Source: Parcubacteria group bacterium (lineage in GTDB: Bacteria; Patescibacteriota; Minisyncoccia; Moranbacterales; UBA2206). Taken from it: DNA of 64,000 bases. Every line of letters begins with the position of its first letter. Positions within the stretch are counted from its first letter, which is position 1. The notes below the pieces were generated by a model. The model saw only the letters and a list, made by a program, of their open reading frames with translations. It did no database searches and had not been told where the DNA came from. The stretch spans positions 410-64,409 of the forward strand of contig JBAYWF010000006.1 of the NCBI GenBank assembly GCA_041674205.1, given 5' to 3'. Made by a program: the position numbers and the translations under genes. Below are positions 38,946 to 48,645 of the stretch, piece by piece.

Positions 38946-41843
38946 CTATTTTTTCAAAAAATCCCTCAGATATTTCGCCGTATGGCTTTCTTCATAATAA
39001 GTGGCGACATCTTCCGGAGAACCGGTCACGATGACGCGCCCGCCCTGGTCGCCGCCTTCAGGACCCAAATCGATGATCCAATCGGCCGTTTTGATGACAT
39101 CCATATTATGCTCTATCACGATCACCGTATTACCCGCGTCCACCAAGCGGTTCAGGACGATCAATAATTTCCTAATATCGTCGAAATGCAGACCGGTCGT
39201 CGGCTCGTCCAAGATGTAGAGCGTATCGCCGGTAGCGCGCCTTGAGAGCTCCGTAGCCAGCTTGATCCGTTGCGCTTCTCCTCCGGACAACGTAGTAGCC
39301 GATTGGCCCAGATGGATATAGCCCAAACCGACATCATCCAGCACCGCCAATTTGTCATAGATATCATGGAAGCTCTGGAAAAAATCCTTGGCTTCCGAAA
39401 CGGTCATATCCAAAACTTCGGCGATGTTTTTTTCCTTATATCTGACTTCCAAAGTTTCCCGGTTATACCGTTTGCCCTTGCACACGTCGCATGGCAGATA
39501 GACATCCGGCATAAATTGCATCTCGATTTTGATATGGCCCTCGCCTTGGCAATTATCGCATCGCCCGCCTTTGACATTGAAGGAAAACCGGCCCGGACCA
39601 TAGCCTTTGCTTTTCGCCCCTCTGGTTGAAGCGAACAGTTCGCGGATAGGCGTGAAAAGCCCGGTATATGTCGCGGGATTCGAACGCGGCGTGCGGCCGA
39701 TCGGTGATTGGTCGATCATAATCACCTTATTGATGTGCTGTAGGCCGACAATTTCCGAATGTTTGCCCGGCTTATCCAAAGAACGCATCAATTTACTAGA
39801 CAAAGTTTTGTATAGGATATCCTCCACCAAAGTCGACTTGCCCGAACCGGACACGCCGGTCACCACGGTCAAAACTTTCAAAGGGAATTCTACCGTCACA
39901 TTTTTCAAATTATTCTCCCGCGCCCCGCGCACCACCAGCCATTTCTTATTTTTTACGCCGCGCCGCGCCGCTGGCACTTCGATTTCCAACTCATGGTTCA
40001 AATACTTGGCCGTCAATGAGTTTTTATTTTCCATCACTTCCTCCGGCGTGCCTTGGGCTACGATTTCCCCGCCTAAACGTCCCGCGCCCGGGCCGATATC
40101 CACCAGATAATCCGCCTCGCGCATCGTTTCCTCATCATGTTCGATCACGATCAGGGTATTGCCGATATCGCGCAATTGCAAAAGCGTCTGTAAAAGCTTG
40201 GCATTGTCCCGAGCATGCAAACCGATTGACGGCTCATCCAAAATATACAGGACACCCACCAATTGCGAACCGATCTGCGAAGCCAGGCGGATCCGCTGCG
40301 ACTCGCCGCCCGCCAAAGTAGCCGCGGAACGTGACAAGGTCAGGTAGCCCAATCCGACGTTTTCCAAAAATCCGAGCCGCGCCTGGATTTCTTTCAGGAT
40401 CCTGCCCGCGATCAATTCAGCGGTTTTGTTGATTTTCAATTTTTTAAAAAAATCCAGCGAATCCGCCACGCTCACATCCGACACATCGGCGATATTCCTA
40501 TCTCCGACCGTCACCAGCAGAACCTCCGGCTTATATCGCTTGCCTTTGCAAGCCGAGCAAGGATTGTGCGACATATATTTTTCGATGCCTTCGCGTACCG
40601 CATCCGATTCGGTCTTGAAATAACGGTCTTGCAAAAAACCGGTCACTCCGCGCCAGCGCATATAGAAACTCCAGCTCGTACCGGTCTTGGCCCGCACCTT
40701 GATCGGCACTTCCTCCGCCTCCTCTTCGGAAACCATATCGGTCGCATCCGGAGAACCGAAAAGCAAAATATTCAACTGCCGTTCCGGCAGATCTTTGATC
40801 CGCACGTTGTCCGGGATATGGAAATGCTTGCACACCGACAGCAGTACGCCACCATAATAATTGTTTTTCTTGAAATTCCACGGGAAAACCCCGCCCTCAG
40901 CGATGGTTTTGGTCCTGTCAGGGATGACCAAATCAGGATCGATCTCTTTTTTCGTCCCCAAACCTTCGCAAGCGGGACAAGCCCCGTATGGCGAATTGAA
41001 TGAAAACAATCTCGGCTCCAGCTCGGGAAATTCAATTTCGTGCACCGGGCAGGATAATTTTTGGTTATAAACAAATTCCGATTGTGCCTTGGATTTACTC
41101 AGGATTTTAGATTTAGGATTTGAGATTTTAATCTTAACCAATCCCTCTGCCAGCTTCAACGCTTTCTCCACATCTTCAAAAATCCGGCTTAGGTTTTCGT
41201 CCTCGATTTTCACGATGTCGACGACGATATCGATATCGTGTTTTTTATATCTTTCCAATTTGACCTCCTGTCCCGCCTTGACTGACAACCCGATTTTTTT
41301 GCCGTTCACATACGCATTGGAAAATCCCCGCTTCCACATTTCCTCCAGCATCGATGAATATTCACCCTTCCTTTGCCGTACGATCGGCGCCAAGATTTCG
41401 ATTTCCCGGCCTTCGCCGATCCCGATCACCCGGTCCACGATTTCATCGGTGGAAAGTTTGATGATTTCCCGCCCGCAAACCGGACAATGCGGCACGCCGA
41501 TTTTGGCGAACAATAAACGCAGATAGTCATGGATTTCCGTCACCGTACCGACCGTCGAACGCGGATTTTGCGAAGAAGCTTTTTGTGAAATGGAAATCGC
41601 CGGCGACAAGCCTTCGATATAGTCCACGTCCGGCTTGTCCATCTGGCCTAAGAATTGCCGGGCATAAGAAGACAAACTCTCCAAATATCGCCTTTGCCCT
41701 TCCGCAAAAATCGTATCAAAAGCCAAAGTCGATTTTCCCGAACCGCTGATGCCCGTAAAGACGATGAATTTATCCCTAGGCAGCTCCAGATCGATATTCT
41801 TGAGGTTATGTTCCCGAGCGCCTTTGATGATTATTTTATCCAT
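38946..41843 (-). CDS. uvrA: excinuclease ABC subunit A
   Basis: [21 protein letters not shown] boxes, Zn fingers. Confidence 0.97.
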   Translation of the reverse strand: MDKIIIKGAREHNLKNIDLELPRDKFIVFTGISGSGKSTLAFDTIFAEGQRRYLESLSSYARQFLGQMDKPDVDYIEGLSPAISISQKASSQNPRSTVGTVTEIHDYLRLLFAKIGVPHCPVCGREIIKLSTDEIVDRVIGIGEGREIEILAPIVRQRKGEYSSMLEEMWKRGFSNAYVNGKKIGLSVKAGQEVKLERYKKHDIDIVVDIVKIEDENLSRIFEDVEKALKLAEGLVKIKISNPKSKILSKSKAQSEFVYNQKLSCPVHEIEFPELEPRLFSFNSPYGACPACEGLGTKKEIDPDLVIPDRTKTIAEGGVFPWNFKKNNYYGGVLLSVCKHFHIPDNVRIKDLPERQLNILLFGSPDATDMVSEEEAEEVPIKVRAKTGTSWSFYMRWRGVTGFLQDRYFKTESDAVREGIEKYMSHNPCSACKGKRYKPEVLLVTVGDRNIADVSDVSVADSLDFFKKLKINKTAELIAGRILKEIQARLGFLENVGLGYLTLSRSAATLAGGESQRIRLASQIGSQLVGVLYILDEPSIGLHARDNAKLLQTLLQLRDIGNTLIVIEHDEETMREADYLVDIGPGAGRLGGEIVAQGTPEEVMENKNSLTAKYLNHELEIEVPAARRGVKNKKWLVVRGARENNLKNVTVEFPLKVLTVVTGVSGSGKSTLVEDILYKTLSSKLMRSLDKPGKHSEIVGLQHINKVIMIDQSPIGRTPRSNPATYTGLFTPIRELFASTRGAKSKGYGPGRFSFNVKGGRCDNCQGEGHIKIEMQFMPDVYLPCDVCKGKRYNRETLEVRYKEKNIAEVLDMTVSEAKDFFQSFHDIYDKLAVLDDVGLGYIHLGQSATTLSGGEAQRIKLATELSRRATGDTLYILDEPTTGLHFDDIRKLLIVLNRLVDAGNTVIVIEHNMDVIKTADWIIDLGPEGGDQGGRVIVTGSPEDVATYYEESHTAKYLRDFLKK

Positions 41844-41936
41844 AAAATTCCTTGGAATTGCAAAAAAAATTAGTTCTTACCCGTTTTCAAATTCACTTGA
41901 TTATAGTACAAACGGAAGGAAGAATCAATACGAATC

Positions 41937-41967
41937 AAAAAAGAGCTTGCAAACCAAGCTCTTTTTT
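41937..41967 (-). terminator. intrinsic terminator
   Basis: AAAAAAGAGCTTG-loop-CAAGCTCTTTTTT. Confidence 0.75.
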
Positions 41968-41992
41968 AAAGCGTTATGGATCAAAGTTGGGC

Positions 41993-43027
41993 TTAATTGC
42001 AACTTCCTCCTTGGGATGCAGCCGCTTGCGTGCTTAATTTTTTCGCGCACTCAGCCGGAGCTTTGTTGAAAGCGTCGCAAATCACCTGTTTATATGAATC
42101 GGAATTGCCATATTGGTATACCGTTTTAGTCGGAACTCCGTTAATCAACATTGTCGGAGATCCTTGGGCGCCGGCATCCGCCGAAGCCTTCTCATTTTCC
42201 TTCATCAAGGCCGTCCCTTCCGAACTGACGCAATTATTTATCTTATCCGCCGATAAGCCCATACTTTTCACTCCGGCTTCCCAGCAAGCCCCGTCACTGC
42301 CGCAATTTTTATTCACATAGGCCACGAAGGCGAACCACCTGTCCTTGCCATAATTCTTCAACACGCAAGCCTCCCTTTCATCCTGAGCGACCTCTTTCGG
42401 ACCATGCAATGACAATATCTCATCGCCGTTGGAAGTCACAATATAGTGGAAATTGAAATCGACTTTTTTCTTCAACAGATCATACGCCGGTTTCAAGGTG
42501 TCTTCAGCCTTGTTCCCGAAAGGGCAGAAACTCATCACATACAAATCGACGACCGGCTTGTCCGTTTTAGGGATTTCCTTCACCTCTTCAGGTTGCTTTT
42601 CAGCGACTTCCTTTTTTTCCACATCGGTATCCATCGCTTCCGGGAAAAATTTCTTGCCGTCTTTCGACAAATAGGTCACTACCTTCTGTTTTCCGTCGAT
42701 ATTTATGGTTATTTTGTATAAACCGTTCTCTACTGACGCCTCCTCGATAGTGGCGACCGTTCCAGGTTGTAAAAGATTGCCATTCACGAAATCCGCGACC
42801 TTGGTCTTGGCGCCCTCCAGGCCGATATCGCCTGTCCTGAATTTATAGAAATAAACCCCGATCGCGGCCGCGATCAAAACGGCGGCGGCAAGGCCAATGA
42901 TGAAATATTTCTTATTATCGCAAACGCATCCGACCAGCTTGTTTTTCACCGCTTGGAATTTCGTTTTTCCAGCCTGGGCTTCTTTGTTTCCCTCCCCCTC
43001 ATTCTGCTCGATGTTTGTTTCCTCCAT
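41993..43027 (-). CDS. membrane-anchored thioredoxin/DsbA-fold protein
   Basis: [17 protein letters not shown] cis-Pro loop. Confidence 0.8.
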   Translation of the reverse strand: MEETNIEQNEGEGNKEAQAGKTKFQAVKNKLVGCVCDNKKYFIIGLAAAVLIAAAIGVYFYKFRTGDIGLEGAKTKVADFVNGNLLQPGTVATIEEASVENGLYKITINIDGKQKVVTYLSKDGKKFFPEAMDTDVEKKEVAEKQPEEVKEIPKTDKPVVDLYVMSFCPFGNKAEDTLKPAYDLLKKKVDFNFHYIVTSNGDEILSLHGPKEVAQDEREACVLKNYGKDRWFAFVAYVNKNCGSDGACWEAGVKSMGLSADKINNCVSSEGTALMKENEKASADAGAQGSPTMLINGVPTKTVYQYGNSDSYKQVICDAFNKAPAECAKKLSTQAAASQGGSCN

Positions 43028-43176
43028 AAATTTATCTTTCCCGGCAATCCGCCGCCCAAGCGCCAAAAACGCTTCGGACATTTTTACGGGATATTTATCG
43101 CTTATTTGTTATTTGCCTATTTTACACTGCTACCGCCTTTCAGGCAACACCGCCCAAAAATAGTTGCCGAAAACCG

Positions 43177-44586
43177 CTACGGATTGATATCTTTCGTCCG
43201 GATCTGCTTGTCGGGAAAAATTCCCGATTTTAAAAATCTTCCGGCATTTTTCTTACTGGCATATCTTTTCTTTGAATAGCCGCTGGCTTCTATTTCCACT
43301 AAAAAACTGTCTTTCATATATCTTTTTATTTTTTCAACGGAAATCCCGGATTCCGCGCTGGCTTCATTGCAAACTATGTCCAAATATTTTTCCGTAAAAG
43401 ATCCGAACAACCTCGTGACGACTGAAAGTTTTTTAGCCATTTCATAAACGGAATGGTTGGAAAATCCTGTCGCATTGTCATTATCCACCAGGACGATTTG
43501 GACTTCGAATTGCCGCTTGATCCTCATCCCATCGACATCGCCCCTCACCGGAACATACAAATTTCCATTTATGCCGAATTTTTTGAAATTCTTATTGGAA
43601 TATTCATTCTTATAATTCACCGCCGTAAGCGATCCCTCGCCCAATGCGCCAAGCTGTTTTTCACTTTTTTCCCTGACCTCGTCTATATCGGCTTGACTGA
43701 GAAGTTTGGTGTTTCCAAAAACAAAATCCTTAGCTCCGAAATTTTTCTTGAAATATCTCGCGACAACCGGAACCACCTTTTTGATGTCATCGATGGTCCT
43801 TACTTCGAACTTAAAACCGATTCCGTCCTTAGCCGCCTCTTCAGCCGTAGCTTCCGGCTTGTTTATGAATTTCGATATCAAACTATCTTCGTTTTTGCCC
43901 CTGAAATAAGCGTTGCCTATGACCGTGCTCTGATCGACATCGTCATAAATGATAACCTTATCATACCCGGTCCGCTCCTTTTGCGGACAATGGAAATTTT
44001 GCACCCCCGTGTTCTCATCCGTCTTGAACATAGCTTCGTAAAGAAACTCGCTTTCTTTCGTCAAGCCATCCATTTCTTTTTTTCCAAATTCAAAAGACGC
44101 TACCGCTACTGAAATAAGCGCGCAATAGGCCGGTGACAAACCAACTCCCTCACCCTCCTTCGCAACCGCGGTCCTTTTGAATATTTTTATCACATCCGCA
44201 GCGCTTTTTATGTCCTTCAGGTTTTTTATTTCCTTAGGGAGATCTTTATGTAAATAATTTTCAATGTAATCCTTGGCTTTTACCAAGGCAGCATTGAGCG
44301 CTTCTATTTTATTTTCCAGATTTTCCACATCCAGATATCCCTCAATCGCCTCAACTATCTCATCGTCCGACAAATCCGGGCTCGTTGCGAAAAAATCTAT
44401 AGGCGTTATATTCTCTCCTTTGATATTTATCCCGCCCTTTCTCATCGCATCCATAAATTGCTTTTTATCCGGAGCATTCCGATAGAGATCAGTAATCGGA
44501 TACCATTGTTGGAATTTTTCCGTCTTCGGGGCATCCTTGCTTTGTTGCGCCGGTATGCCGCCCATCATCGATCCTTCTTTGATCAT
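43177..44586 (-). CDS. hypothetical protein with RelA/SpoT-like nucleotidyltransferase motifs
   Basis: RGKNEDSLISK...DGIGFKF...FEVQIV...H..YE. Confidence 0.55.
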   Translation of the reverse strand: MIKEGSMMGGIPAQQSKDAPKTEKFQQWYPITDLYRNAPDKKQFMDAMRKGGINIKGENITPIDFFATSPDLSDDEIVEAIEGYLDVENLENKIEALNAALVKAKDYIENYLHKDLPKEIKNLKDIKSAADVIKIFKRTAVAKEGEGVGLSPAYCALISVAVASFEFGKKEMDGLTKESEFLYEAMFKTDENTGVQNFHCPQKERTGYDKVIIYDDVDQSTVIGNAYFRGKNEDSLISKFINKPEATAEEAAKDGIGFKFEVRTIDDIKKVVPVVARYFKKNFGAKDFVFGNTKLLSQADIDEVREKSEKQLGALGEGSLTAVNYKNEYSNKNFKKFGINGNLYVPVRGDVDGMRIKRQFEVQIVLVDNDNATGFSNHSVYEMAKKLSVVTRLFGSFTEKYLDIVCNEASAESGISVEKIKRYMKDSFLVEIEASGYSKKRYASKKNAGRFLKSGIFPDKQIRTKDINP

Positions 44587-44670
44587 ATTTTTGAAATCAA
44601 TGTCTTACCGCTTTCCACAATTTTAACATGGATGTTTTTTAGAGTAAAATCGTCCCCGCCTGGTCCAGAC

Positions 44671-46629
44671 CTATTTTAATTGCAACTTACGCAACTCGGA
44701 GATTTCATCCCGGATAATCGCCGCTCGTTCGAATTGCAGAGCCTTGGAGGCTTCTTTCATCTCCCGTTCTTTGTGCTTGATATAGCCCTGGATATCCTCC
44801 AGAGATTCCAGCTCCGTGAAATCGCGCGTAAGTTCCGGTTTGATCTCATGATCGACGATCGATTCGATATTTTTCTTGATCGTTTTCGGCGTGATGTGAT
44901 GTTTTTTATTATACGCCGCCTGGACCGCCCGCCTTCGGTCAGTCTCCGAAATCGCCCGCTTCATCGAACCGGTGATCTGATCCGCATACAAGACGACTTT
45001 GCCTGAAACATTGCGCGCCGCCCGTCCGATCGTCTGGATAAGCGAAGTCTCGCTGCGCAAAAACCCCTCTTTGTCCGCGTCCAAAATCGCCACCAGGGAA
45101 ACTTCCGGCAAATCCAAACCTTCCCGCAAAAGGTTCACTCCGACCAAAACATCGAACTCCCCGCGTCTCAAATTTTCCAAAATGCGGATACGATCCAATG
45201 TTTCAACTGAGGAATGCAGATATTCAGCCTTAATCTTGTTTTCCAGCAGAAATTCCGACAAGTCTTCCGCCATTTTTTTCGTCAGCGTCGTAATTAAGAC
45301 CCTTTCCTTTTTCGCGACCACTTTTTTGATTTCCACCAAAACATCTTTCACCTGGCCTTTGGCCGGTTTGATGATGATTTCCGGATCAATGAGGCCGGTC
45401 GGCCGGATGATCTGCTCCACCACTTGCTCCGAATGTTCCTTTTCATAGACGGATGGCGTGGCCGAAGTGAAAATCAACTGTTTTATTTTTTTCTCAAATT
45501 CCGGAAATTTCAACGGCCGGTTGTCAAAGGCGCTCGGCAAGCGGAAGCCGTTATCCACCAAGGATTTTTTCCGCGAATAATCCCCGTTGAACATCCCGCC
45601 GATTTGCGGAATCGTCACGTGCGACTCATCTACGATCATCAGGAAATCTTTAGGGAAATAATCTATCAAGGTGTCAGGAGCTTCCCCGATCCGGCGTCCC
45701 GTCAGATAGCGCGAATAATTCTCGATGCCATTGCAATAGCCGATTTCACGCATCATCTCGATATCCTGCTTGGTCCGGCGTTGCAACCTTTCAGCTTCCA
45801 ATAGTTTGCCTGACCCCTTTAGGAGCGCGACTTGCGCTTCCAAATCTTTTTCAATTTCGCCTTGCGCTTCCTTCATAATCGGTTCCGGCACCACGAAGTG
45901 CTTGGCCGGAAAAACCATCACGTGCTCCAATTTGCCCAGCTCCGCCCCGGTCAAAAAATCATATTCAAAAATCTTTTTCACTTTGGAATCCGCAAGCTCA
46001 ATGCGCGTCACGATTTCCCGCGCCGGCGACATCACTTCGATCGTCTCCCCAGTCAGGCGGAATTTGCTGCGTCCCAGCATATCCGTGCGCAAATATTGCA
46101 TATCGACAAGCTCGCCTGCGATTTCGTCGCGTGAGATTTTTTGCCCGACTTTCAATTCCAAAGAAATATCCCGATAATATTCCGGCGAACCCAATCCGTA
46201 GATGCAGGATACCGACGCCACGATTATCACATCCTCCCGCGACAACAACGCCGCCGTGGAAGCATGGCGCAAACGGTCGATTTCTTCGTTGATCTGCGAT
46301 TCTTTTTCAATATATGTATCACTGGAGGCGATATAGGCTTCCGGCTGGTAATAATCATAATACGACACGAAATATTCCACCGCATTCTTCGGGAAAAAAG
46401 TCCGGAATTCCTGCGCCAGCTGCGCCGCCAAAGTTTTGTTGGGCGCGATGACCAAAGTCGGCTTCTGCACTTGTTCAATCACGTTGGCGATCGTGAAAGT
46501 CTTGCCCGAACCTGTCACGCCCAAAAGCGTCTGGAATTTCTTGCCAGCCCTCAAACCCTTCACCAACCCCTCAATCGCCTGCGGCTGATCCCCGGCCGGT
46601 TTGTATTTACTATTGATCTTAAATTTCAT
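44671..46629 (-). CDS. uvrB: excinuclease ABC subunit B
   Basis: GVTGSGKT, YYDYYQPEAY, DESH, QTIGRAARN. Confidence 0.98.
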   Translation of the reverse strand: MKFKINSKYKPAGDQPQAIEGLVKGLRAGKKFQTLLGVTGSGKTFTIANVIEQVQKPTLVIAPNKTLAAQLAQEFRTFFPKNAVEYFVSYYDYYQPEAYIASSDTYIEKESQINEEIDRLRHASTAALLSREDVIIVASVSCIYGLGSPEYYRDISLELKVGQKISRDEIAGELVDMQYLRTDMLGRSKFRLTGETIEVMSPAREIVTRIELADSKVKKIFEYDFLTGAELGKLEHVMVFPAKHFVVPEPIMKEAQGEIEKDLEAQVALLKGSGKLLEAERLQRRTKQDIEMMREIGYCNGIENYSRYLTGRRIGEAPDTLIDYFPKDFLMIVDESHVTIPQIGGMFNGDYSRKKSLVDNGFRLPSAFDNRPLKFPEFEKKIKQLIFTSATPSVYEKEHSEQVVEQIIRPTGLIDPEIIIKPAKGQVKDVLVEIKKVVAKKERVLITTLTKKMAEDLSEFLLENKIKAEYLHSSVETLDRIRILENLRRGEFDVLVGVNLLREGLDLPEVSLVAILDADKEGFLRSETSLIQTIGRAARNVSGKVVLYADQITGSMKRAISETDRRRAVQAAYNKKHHITPKTIKKNIESIVDHEIKPELTRDFTELESLEDIQGYIKHKEREMKEASKALQFERAAIIRDEISELRKLQLK

Positions 46630-46695
46630 ACTATTAACTCTAATTCAATCTGCTATTAATTACAAGAAAGCGCCTCGATAATTTCCATCAAAAAA

Positions 46696-46722
46696 AGCTC
46701 CGAAGGTTGAATCTTCGGAGTT
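46696..46722. repeat. REP-like palindrome (CCGAAGGTTGAATCTTCGG family)
   Basis: Hairpin; related copies at 6185, 12509 and 47546. Confidence 0.7.
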
Positions 46723-46750
46723 TGAGAAGAAAAAAATATTCTTCTAAAAA

Positions 46751-47461
46751 TCAAGCGTCTTTCGCATCAACAAGCCTATGATCGAAGGCATACTCGACAA
46801 GCCCGCCCATAACAAATCCTGCCATGGCAAACCAGATTATATCCTCGACCGGCGCGCCGAATATTCTGAAATTAGACAAGCGCGAAATATTCCAAAAATC
46901 ATCTATAAATCCAGGTACGGCTATTTGCCAAAAAATATAAACAGGCAGTGAAATCAATGCCACAAGCAGCGCGCTCCAGAGAACAGGCGCAGCCAAATCA
47001 TTTCTAAAGTATAGGATGTAAAGGCCTGCTATCAACATTCCTACGGGGGTGCTGATAAAAGATGCGACATGAAAAAAATAGAATAGGACAGCGGCCGCTC
47101 CGAAAGATATCAAAACCATCGGGGTTAACCGTCGCATAGCCGCAAAAAAAGTTTTTTTATTCAACTCGAATTTCCTGTCTAAATCTTTATTGAAAAAGAA
47201 TTTATAAACCAACGCGGAAATGCCGGGCAACGTAAATGACAAAAGAATATCCTCGATGCCGATTCTCGTCCCTGTTATTGTTTTTGGGTACCACCAATCG
47301 GAAGTCCACCAAAAATATTCGGCGCATACGCCGACTATGATTGCAAGCGTTCCAACAACCCATAGCGGCTTACGGCGATTTGGCCATTTCCAAAAAAAAT
47401 AAAGCCAAATCGCCAAAAAATATAAATCGCCCAAAAGATACGCAAATTTTGAAGATAACAT
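46751..47461 (-). CDS. lycopene cyclase domain-containing membrane protein
   Basis: Two hydrophobic repeats ending W...IGIEDIL and W...APVEDIIW. Confidence 0.75.
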   Translation of the reverse strand: MLSSKFAYLLGDLYFLAIWLYFFWKWPNRRKPLWVVGTLAIIVGVCAEYFWWTSDWWYPKTITGTRIGIEDILLSFTLPGISALVYKFFFNKDLDRKFELNKKTFFAAMRRLTPMVLISFGAAAVLFYFFHVASFISTPVGMLIAGLYILYFRNDLAAPVLWSALLVALISLPVYIFWQIAVPGFIDDFWNISRLSNFRIFGAPVEDIIWFAMAGFVMGGLVEYAFDHRLVDAKDA

Positions 47462-47545
47462 ATGTTTTTTGTTTCGAAAGTTTGCTTCGAGATTAATTTC
47501 TATGTTTTAAATTTAATAAATTTTTACCCGGCTGTCCAAAAAACA

Positions 47546-47571
47546 TTCCCGAAGATTAAACCTTCGGAGCT
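47546..47571. repeat. REP-like palindrome, inverted relative to the 46696 copy
   Basis: Reverse complement AGCTCCGAAGGTTTAATCTTCGG matches the 46696 copy at 22/23 nt. Confidence 0.7.
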
Positions 47572-47851
47572 AAACAGCAATAATGCAAATCATGCTTTTG
47601 ACTTATCTTTATTGTAATTCTTCAACGCCATTTGTCAAAAACACATCTTAATGGGAAAACCTTGACAATTTTTATGCTACAGCAATAAATTTGTCGTGGT
47701 ATTTTACTGCCCCTCCCTAAGACCGAAGCGTGCCCTGGTTTATTTTTTTTATTTAACGCAAAAAGTTCCCAAGTTTCGACATTCAGGGTTAAAAACCTCA
47801 CACACGATTCAAACAATACTGCTTGGGGTTGGTTTATGTTATAATCCAAAC

Positions 47852-47995
47852 ATGAAATCGGGATCAAAAACCAAATCCGAAACGCGTGAAACCAAAAAGA
47901 AGCTGAAAATGAAAGTTTCCGGCAGAAGCGTTTTCAAGTTGAAAACCATTTTGGATAAAAAATCCGTTCCGCGGGAATTGACCGAACGCGCCTGA
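47852..47995 (+). CDS. small basic hypothetical protein (47 aa)
   Basis: TGnTATAAT 6 nt upstream of ATG; Lys-rich. Confidence 0.5.
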   Translation: MKSGSKTKSETRETKKKLKMKVSGRSVFKLKTILDKKSVPRELTERA

Positions 47996-48031
47996 TGTGA
48001 TAGACTGCCATAAGTCTTATTTATCAAACAT

Positions 48032-48394
48032 ATGCGGCTCCTACTTAGAATTTTAGCCAATTGCGTAGCGATTTTGATAGCCACGAAGCTCATTCCGGGC
48101 TTTATTTTTAGCGGCTCATCGATGGATTTACTGATAGCCGGCGTAGTGATCGGCCTCATCAACGCCCTGGTCAAGCCCGTAATCGAAATCATCGCCCTGC
48201 CCGTAGTCTTCCTGACCCTCGGACTTTTCAATATAGTCATCAATGTCGGCCTCCTACTTCTGGCTGACAAATTCCTCACGCAACTGGCAATCCGGGGTTT
48301 TTGGCCGGCTTTTTGGGGAGTAATCATATTAAGCATAATGAATCATCTTATTTCCCACTTGCACAGGAATAAGAATGATTTAAATAAATTTTAA
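48032..48394 (+). CDS. 4-TM phage holin family/YvlD-like membrane protein
   Basis: INALVKP...LP...LTLGLF..VIN motif. Confidence 0.9.
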   Translation: MRLLLRILANCVAILIATKLIPGFIFSGSSMDLLIAGVVIGLINALVKPVIEIIALPVVFLTLGLFNIVINVGLLLLADKFLTQLAIRGFWPAFWGVIILSIMNHLISHLHRNKNDLNKF

Positions 48395-48398
48395 GCCT

Positions 48399-48629
48399 AT
48401 GTTAAAAATCATCAACATCAGCGAAATCATCATCGCCATCCTGCTCATCTTATCCATCCTGATGCAAAACCGCGGCGCCGGCCTATCATCAAGCTTCGGC
48501 GGGGATTTCGGAGGATACTACAGCAAAAGAGGCTTTGAAAAATTCTTAGTCGCCTTTTCTTCAGTGCTTGCCGCGATTTTCATCATCCTGGCGATCGCTA
48601 ATCTGATCGTAGTCAATAGAATCCCTTAA
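48399..48629 (+). CDS. secG: preprotein translocase subunit SecG
   Basis: ILMQNRGAGLSSSFGG, KRGFEKFL. Confidence 0.92.
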   Translation: MLKIINISEIIIAILLILSILMQNRGAGLSSSFGGDFGGYYSKRGFEKFLVAFSSVLAAIFIILAIANLIVVNRIP

Positions 48630-48645
48630 TCAGTAACATAAACAT

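Noticed and set aside
48032-48394. Holin-family gene as prophage evidence
   Set aside because: YvlD-like housekeeping context next to secG; no phage structural genes or integrase
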